Source: an uncultured Chloroflexia bacterium (lineage in GTDB: Bacteria; Chloroflexota; Limnocylindria; Limnocylindrales; CSP1-4). From it: 64,000 nucleotides of DNA. Below are positions 58,283 through 64,000 of the stretch, piece after piece. The notes beneath the pieces are model-generated. The model made no database searches. It was not told the DNA's origin and saw only the letters and a program-made list of their open reading frames with translations. Both the position numbers and the translations under genes were made by a program. The stretch is taken from positions 352,001 through 416,000 of the forward strand of contig CAVRGP010000015.1 in the NCBI GenBank assembly GCA_963720755.1, in the 5' to 3' direction. How positions within the stretch are numbered: the first letter of the stretch is position 1; every line of letters begins with the position of its first letter.

Positions 58283-59467
58283 ATGCCGATCTACCTTGAT
58301 CACGCCGCCACGACGCCACTTCGCCGGGAGGCGTTCGAGGCCATGCTGCCGTACCTCACCGAGTCGTTCGGCAATCCGAGTTCGATGCATACCTTTGGCC
58401 GGGCGGCCCGCGACGGGCTTGACCGGGCCCACGAGACGGTCGCTGGTCTGATCAACGCGCAGAGCCGTGAGATCGTCTTCACCTCCGGCGGCACTGAGGC
58501 GAACAACCTTGCCCTGAAAGGTGCGGCCTGGGCCGGCAAGGCGCGGGGTCACCGGATCGTTACCTCGGCTGTCGAGCACCATGCCGTCGCCCACGCCCTG
58601 CGCTACCTGGAGAAGTTCGGGTTCGAGATCGTCGAGTTGCCGGTCGATCGCTACGGCCGGGTGGATCCTGACCAGGTCGAGGCGAGCCTGAACGACAAGA
58701 CGATCCTGGTCTCGATCATGCTGGCCAACAACGAGGTCGGGACGATCCAGCCGATCGCCGAGATCGCGAGGCGGGTCCGGGGGCGCAAGGGCGTGACCCT
58801 CCATGTCGACGCCGTCCAGGCTGCCCCGTACGTCGATATCGACGTCGATGTCCTGGGGGCGGACCTCGTGTCGTTTGGAGCCCACAAATTCGAGGGACCG
58901 AAGGGCGTCGGTGCCCTATACGTTCGGCACGGGACGCACATCCTCGCGCAGCAGCAGGGCGGGACGCAGGAACGGCACCGCCGGGCAGGGACGGAGAACG
59001 TCGCTGGGGCGGTGGGTTTCGCCACTGCGTACGCGCTGAGTTGTGCCGATCGCCCGGACACCGTCCGCCGGCTCCGGACCCAGCGTCAACGCCTCGCCGG
59101 TGCCGTCCTGGCGGTGCCTGGCGTCGAACTGACCGGTCATCCCAAGGAGCGACTGGCCGGGCTGCTGTCGCTCGTCGCCCGTGACACGGATGGGGCGTCG
59201 GTCGCGATGGGTCTCGACCTCGAAGGGATCGCCTGCTCGGTCGGTTCGGCTTGCACGACCGGGTCGACCGAGGTGAGCCATGTGCTGACCGCCATGGGCT
59301 ACCCGGACGAAGAAGCGCGCGGCGCCCTGCGTCTGTCGCTCGGCCGGTCGACCACGGACGAGGAGATCGCCCAGGCTTGCGACATCGTCCCGCGGGTCCT
59401 TTCGTCGATGCGGCTGGGCACGGCCGTCGTGGTCGCGGACCCGCTCGGGCAGGGCGTGTCTGCGTGA
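58283..59467 (+). CDS. iscS: Cysteine desulfurase (IscS/NifS, group I)
   Basis: [51 protein letters not shown]. Confidence 0.93.
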   Translation: MPIYLDHAATTPLRREAFEAMLPYLTESFGNPSSMHTFGRAARDGLDRAHETVAGLINAQSREIVFTSGGTEANNLALKGAAWAGKARGHRIVTSAVEHHAVAHALRYLEKFGFEIVELPVDRYGRVDPDQVEASLNDKTILVSIMLANNEVGTIQPIAEIARRVRGRKGVTLHVDAVQAAPYVDIDVDVLGADLVSFGAHKFEGPKGVGALYVRHGTHILAQQQGGTQERHRRAGTENVAGAVGFATAYALSCADRPDTVRRLRTQRQRLAGAVLAVPGVELTGHPKERLAGLLSLVARDTDGASVAMGLDLEGIACSVGSACTTGSTEVSHVLTAMGYPDEEARGALRLSLGRSTTDEEIAQACDIVPRVLSSMRLGTAVVVADPLGQGVSA

Positions 59468-60621
59468 GCCGGATCCTGGTCGCCATGTCGGGCGGCGTCG
59501 ACTCCTCGGTCGCGGCCGCCATGCTCCACGCGCAGGGCCACGAGGTCGTCGGCGTCTGGATGCGCCTCCACGACGCGGCTGACACGTACTCGGAATTCAA
59601 GAAGAGTTGCTGCTCGCTCGATGCCGCCGACGATGCTCGCCGGGTCGCGGCGCAGCTCGGTATCCCGTTCTATGTCATGAACCTCGAGCGTGAGTTCGAC
59701 GCAGGTGTTCTCCAGCCGTTCCTCGACGCCTACCTCGGTGGCGAAACGCCGTCGCCGTGCGTCGACTGCAACACGTACGTGAAGTTCGGTGCGCTGCTCG
59801 GTCGGGCTCGCCACCTCTATTCGTGCAATTCGGTGGCGACCGGCCACTACGCGCGACGCGACATCGGGCCGGATGGGCGGTCACGCCTCCTTCGAGCGCG
59901 AGACGCGGACAAGGATCAGACCTATTTCCTGTACGGGCTTCGCCAGGACCAGCTCGACCACGCCAGGTTCCCACTCGGTGACCTGACGAAGCCCGAGGTT
60001 CGCGATGTCGCCCGCTCACTCGATCTCGCGACCGCGGACAAGCCGGAAAGCCAGGAGATCTGCTTCGTGCCCGGCGGTGACTATCGCGAGGCCCTCCGCG
60101 ACCGAGCCGGCTGGGTACCCGAACCCGGGCCGCTGCTCGACGCCAACGGCGAACAGGTGGGTCAGCACGCCGGCGCCCCCGGGTATACGGTCGGCCAGCG
60201 ACAGGGTCTCGGTGTCGCGCTTGGTTCGCCGCGGTATGTCAGCCGGATCGACCCGCTGACCAATACGATCACCCTCGGACGGCGAGCCGACCTCGAGACG
60301 ACGACGATCGACCTGGAGCGGGTCAGTTTCGTGGCGGGCCAGTCGCCGGTCGGTACCGCAACCTTCCGGGCGGAGATCCGGATCCGGCATCGCGCCCAGC
60401 CGATCCCGGCGACGGTGCGTCCGGCCACGTCGGATGAGCCCGCCCGCGGCGGCAGGTGGGTTGCCGAGACGGATACTGCGGTCTGGGCGGCCGCACCGGG
60501 GCAGGCGGCTGTGCTGTATGACGGCGATGTCGTCCTCGGCGGCGGTCGGATCGCGCGACCGGTAGCCGACGGAGCTGCGGCCGCCGGCGGCGCGGACCTG
60601 CTCGTCGGCTCGCCGACGTGA
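59464..60621 (+). CDS. mnmA: tRNA-specific 2-thiouridylase MnmA
   Basis: [57 protein letters not shown]; GTGA overlap. Confidence 0.97.
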   Translation: MSRILVAMSGGVDSSVAAAMLHAQGHEVVGVWMRLHDAADTYSEFKKSCCSLDAADDARRVAAQLGIPFYVMNLEREFDAGVLQPFLDAYLGGETPSPCVDCNTYVKFGALLGRARHLYSCNSVATGHYARRDIGPDGRSRLLRARDADKDQTYFLYGLRQDQLDHARFPLGDLTKPEVRDVARSLDLATADKPESQEICFVPGGDYREALRDRAGWVPEPGPLLDANGEQVGQHAGAPGYTVGQRQGLGVALGSPRYVSRIDPLTNTITLGRRADLETTTIDLERVSFVAGQSPVGTATFRAEIRIRHRAQPIPATVRPATSDEPARGGRWVAETDTAVWAAAPGQAAVLYDGDVVLGGGRIARPVADGAAAAGGADLLVGSPT

Positions 60622-60896
60622 CGATCGAACCGGCGTTCATCCTCGCCATCCTCGTCGGGATCTTCCACGCCTCCCTGTCCGTCCTCATTCGGGGCAGCGC
60701 CGGTGGCCGGCTCCCGATCATCGTCCTGGCGGCCATCGTGGGTGCGTGGGTCGGTGATGCCCTGGGTGGCCGGGCCGGTCTCAGCCTCTGGACGATGGGG
60801 GACTTCCACCTCGTCGCCGCCTCGATCGGTGCGTGGATCGGGATCGGCATTTCTTCGGCCGTCGCGATCCTCGGTCCCGCGAGGCGCCAGGCGTGA
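60618..60896 (+). CDS. Small 3-TM membrane protein
   Basis: Gly-rich hydrophobic helices; GTGA-coupled to mnmA. Confidence 0.75.
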   Translation: MTIEPAFILAILVGIFHASLSVLIRGSAGGRLPIIVLAAIVGAWVGDALGGRAGLSLWTMGDFHLVAASIGAWIGIGISSAVAILGPARRQA

Positions 60897-61048
60897 GCGG
60901 ACGCGATGATCGACGCGCGAACAGCTCGTTCCTGCGGGGTCTGACACTGGGCGCGATCCTTGGCGCGATCGTCGCCGGGTCCTCCGTGTGGACCCGATGG
61001 CGGCACCGCCAGCGGACCCGGCCCACGGAAACGACCGCGAACGACTGA
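60893..61048 (+). CDS. Small single-TM protein (51 aa)
   Basis: [37 protein letters not shown]...; GTGA overlap; GxxxG repeats. Confidence 0.65.
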   Translation: MSGRDDRRANSSFLRGLTLGAILGAIVAGSSVWTRWRHRQRTRPTETTAND

Positions 61049-61087
61049 CCCGTGTGGATCGCGACCTCGACTCTGGCTGGGCGGTCG

Positions 61088-61459
61088 TCAGCCGCCGCTG
61101 CCGGCGAGGAGCACGGCCACGAGGGCCGCGAACGCCGGCAGCGCCTGGACGACCAGGATCCGACGGCTCACGGTGACCGCCCCGAAGCAGCCGGCGACGA
61201 CGATGCAGGCGAGGAAGAAGACCGTGACCTGGAAACCCACCGGATCGGCCGCCAGGAGGCCCCAGACGAGACCGGCGACCAGGAAGCCGTTGTACAGGCC
61301 CTGATTGGCCGCGAGTGACGCCGAGCGGTCGGCGAATGGCTGGTCGGTCCCAAACGCCCGCATCCCTCGCGGGGTTCGCCACCAGACCATCTCGAGGACC
61401 ACGATGTAGAAGTGGATGGCGGCTACGACAAGGACCAGCCCGGTCGCGATCAGCGACAT
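61088..61459 (-). CDS. DUF1304 family membrane protein
   Basis: H.YI..LEM..W, LAANQGLYNGFL.AGL, I..VQA.P; AAGGAG RBS. Confidence 0.9.
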   Translation of the reverse strand: MSLIATGLVLVVAAIHFYIVVLEMVWWRTPRGMRAFGTDQPFADRSASLAANQGLYNGFLVAGLVWGLLAADPVGFQVTVFFLACIVVAGCFGAVTVSRRILVVQALPAFAALVAVLLAGSGG

Positions 61460-61599
61460 CGAGGGGCTCCTTCTCTTGCCGGGTATCCGGTGTCTCGGCG
61501 GTTCATCGGGTCTCCTGCTGGTGGCGGGTCACCCGAGGATACGGACCGGCCGCAAGCACCGCCTCGCTCGAGTGGGTCGGTTCGCTACCATTGCTCTCG

Positions 61600-64000
61600 A
61601 TGCCACCACCCGACCCGACGACCGATCCCCGGATCGTTGCACTGCCCGCCGCCGAGATCCGCCGACGCTTTGTCGAATTCTTCGCCGAGCGCCGGCACAC
61701 GATCGTGCCCAGCGCAAGTCTGGTGCCGGCCGGTGACGCCACGCTCCTGTTCACCAACTCGGGGATGGTCCAGTTCAAGGACGTGTTCATCGGCGCCGAG
61801 ACCCGGTCGTACACCCGAGCCGTGGACTACCAGCGCGTCCTGCGGGTTGCCGGCAAACACAACGACTTCGAGGAGGTCGGTCGGACGCCGCGCCATCACA
61901 CGTTCTTCGAGATGCTCGGGAACTGGTCGTTCGGGGACTATTTCAAGCGTGACGCGATCCGCTGGGCGTGGGACTTCCTGACCAGGGACCTGGGGATACC
62001 CGCGGAGCGGCTGGCGGCCACCACCTACAAGGATGACGACGTCGCCTGGGACATCTGGCGCGATGAGATCGGTCTTCCTCCGGAACGGATGGCTCGGTGG
62101 GGAGATGTCGACAACGGCGATGACCACAACTTCTGGCGGATGGCCGAAACCGGCCCGTGTGGTCCGTGCAGTGAGATCCATTTCGACCGCGGCGCGCACC
62201 TGTCGGAGGGTCCCGAGTGCATCCCCGATCACAGCGAGCAGTGTCCCCGCTGGCTCGAGATCTGGAACCTCGTGTTCATGGAGTTCGACCAGCGCCCCGA
62301 TGGCCGGGTGCCGCTACCGTTCCCGAGCGTCGACACGGGCATGGGCCTGGAGCGTCTCGCCAGTGTCCTTCAGCAGGTCCCCACGAACTACGACACCGAC
62401 CTGTTCACCCCGATCCACGCTCGGATGCGCGAACTCTTCGGGCACGACCCGGCGACCTTCGAGTCGGAGCGGTTCAGCTACCAGGTGATCGCCGATCATG
62501 CCCGGGCCGTGACGTTCCTGATCGGTGACGACGTTCTGCCTTCGAACGAGGGACGCGGTTACGTCCTGCGCAAGCTCTTCCGCCGGGCGGTCCGCCACGG
62601 CCGTCTCCTCGGACGTCACGAGCCGTTCATGGCCGATGCCGCTGACGTCGTCATCGAGGTCATGGCGGAGGCGTATCCGCACCTCATGGTTCGTCGGGAC
62701 GAGATCCTCGCGGTGGTGGGCCGAGAGGAGTCGCAGTTCGCCAGGACTCTCGACGCGGGGACGCGATTGCTCGACGCCGAGATCCGGGCGATCGTCCCGG
62801 AAGGTCCCGAACGGGTCATCGGGCGTCAGGCCGAGTCGCTTCCCGCCGACTCGGCGCGGTTGGCCGGCGACGTCGCCTTCAAGCTCCACGACACGTATGG
62901 GTTCCCCATCGACCTGACGGTCGAGCTCGCGGCCGAATTCGGGGTCGCGGTCGATCGCGACGGGTTCGACGCGGCGCTCTCTGAACAGCGCGAGCGAAGC
63001 CGATCCGGGACGAAGGAGCAGCTCTCGAGGCAGGCAGGCATGGCGGCCGTCTTCGGGGCGATCCAGGCCCGCGCCGGCGACACGGACTTCGTGGGCTACG
63101 AGACCACCGTGGCCGAGGCCCGAGTGGTGTCGATCGTCCGGGACGGGATGGAGTTCGACGAGCTGGCCGGTCATGGCGAGGCGGAGGTCATCCTCGAACC
63201 GACGCCGTTCTATGCGGAAGGTGGCGGCCAGGTGGGGGACCGCGGCGTGTTGCGCGAACCCGGTGGTGGGAGCCCTCTTTTCACCGTCACCGATACCCAA
63301 CGGCCGGTCGGCGGACTGATCGTCCACCGTGGCACGCTCCACGGTCGTCTCCAGGTCGGCACGACGGTCGAGGCGGCGGTCGACGACGAGCGACGAGCCG
63401 ACACGATGCGCAATCACACAGCGACCCATCTCGTCCACCGGGCACTGCGCAACACGGTCGGTGAGCGAGCCCGCCAGGCAGGCTCGCTGGTGAACCCGGA
63501 GCACCTCCGCTTCGACTTTCCGCTCGATCGCGGCCTGACCGATGACGAGATCCGCGCCATCGAGGACGAGGTCCGCCGCATCATCCGCGACGACCGGCCC
63601 GTCAGCATCGAGTACATGAGCATGGCCGATGCGATCGAGCGGGGCGCGGACGCGTTCTTCGACGAGAAGTACGGCGAGACCGTGCGCACGATCCGGGTCC
63701 AGGACTACAGCTTCGAGCTGTGTGGCGGGACCCACTGCCGGGCGAGCGGTCAGATCGGCGGCTTCCTGGTGACCGGCGAGCGCAGCATCGGGTCGGGGAT
63801 GCGCCGGATCGAGGCCGTCACCGGCGTCGCGGCGGATCGCCTGGTCCGTGAACGGTTCGATGCCCTGGAGCGGGCGGCCGACGCGGTCGGGGCGCGCTCC
63901 GTCGAAACCGTGGAAGATCGCATCGCGGCTCTCCAGGAGGAGCTTCGCGAGACGCGGCGTCGGCTCAAGTCGGGCGCTGCTGCCGCCCTGCCGAGACCGA
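61600..64000 (+). CDS. alaS: Alanine--tRNA ligase, truncated by window end (not in ORF track)
   Basis: Manual translation: EIRRRFVEFF...H, TLLFTNSGM.QFK, HHTFFEMLGNWSFGDYFK, GPCGPCSEI, LEIWNLVFM, DTGMGLER, LHDTYGFP, NHTATHL, ELCGGTH. Confidence 0.98.
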   Translation, partial: MPPPDPTTDPRIVALPAAEIRRRFVEFFAERRHTIVPSASLVPAGDATLLFTNSGMVQFKDVFIGAETRSYTRAVDYQRVLRVAGKHNDFEEVGRTPRHHTFFEMLGNWSFGDYFKRDAIRWAWDFLTRDLGIPAERLAATTYKDDDVAWDIWRDEIGLPPERMARWGDVDNGDDHNFWRMAETGPCGPCSEIHFDRGAHLSEGPECIPDHSEQCPRWLEIWNLVFMEFDQRPDGRVPLPFPSVDTGMGLERLASVLQQVPTNYDTDLFTPIHARMRELFGHDPATFESERFSYQVIADHARAVTFLIGDDVLPSNEGRGYVLRKLFRRAVRHGRLLGRHEPFMADAADVVIEVMAEAYPHLMVRRDEILAVVGREESQFARTLDAGTRLLDAEIRAIVPEGPERVIGRQAESLPADSARLAGDVAFKLHDTYGFPIDLTVELAAEFGVAVDRDGFDAALSEQRERSRSGTKEQLSRQAGMAAVFGAIQARAGDTDFVGYETTVAEARVVSIVRDGMEFDELAGHGEAEVILEPTPFYAEGGGQVGDRGVLREPGGGSPLFTVTDTQRPVGGLIVHRGTLHGRLQVGTTVEAAVDDERRADTMRNHTATHLVHRALRNTVGERARQAGSLVNPEHLRFDFPLDRGLTDDEIRAIEDEVRRIIRDDRPVSIEYMSMADAIERGADAFFDEKYGETVRTIRVQDYSFELCGGTHCRASGQIGGFLVTGERSIGSGMRRIEAVTGVAADRLVRERFDALERAADAVGARSVETVEDRIAALQEELRETRRRLKSGAAAALPRP

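Overview
High-GC (roughly 68-70% by eye), gene-dense bacterial chromosomal segment, mostly housekeeping. Gene content and signals (GAAC-N4-GTTC LexA box, TrpB2, Fem transferases with MurE/MurJ/MurI, REC-CpaE proteins, many leaderless genes) suggest a monoderm Terrabacteria member, plausibly Chloroflexota; this is inference, not a database result. Recognisable genes: rarA, a UvrD helicase fused to a PD-(D/E)xK nuclease, an agmatinase-family enzyme, murI, ychF-like, mrfAB-like pair, ftsB-like, tRNA-Met(CAT), ftsH, ppa, thpR, trpB2, tyrA, comM, dprA, topA, xerC, murJ, two Fem genes (first frameshifted), murE, rel, hisS, aspS, typA, iscS, mnmA and a partial alaS. I found no CRISPR array, transposase or prophage. 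The best leads are: (1) a switch-like structured leader before the agmatinase gene that matches no riboswitch I recognise; (2) a stand-alone DnaB C-terminal-domain ATPase; (3) two orphan REC-CpaE/MinD ATPases; (4) a Zn-ribbon protein with ERR/DRR repeats; (5) three 11-bp-phased direct repeats over the comM-dprA promoter; (6) recurrent CTG starts through CTGA overlaps, one via a 23-codon bridging ORF; (7) pervasive leaderless promoters. None is a proven new system.
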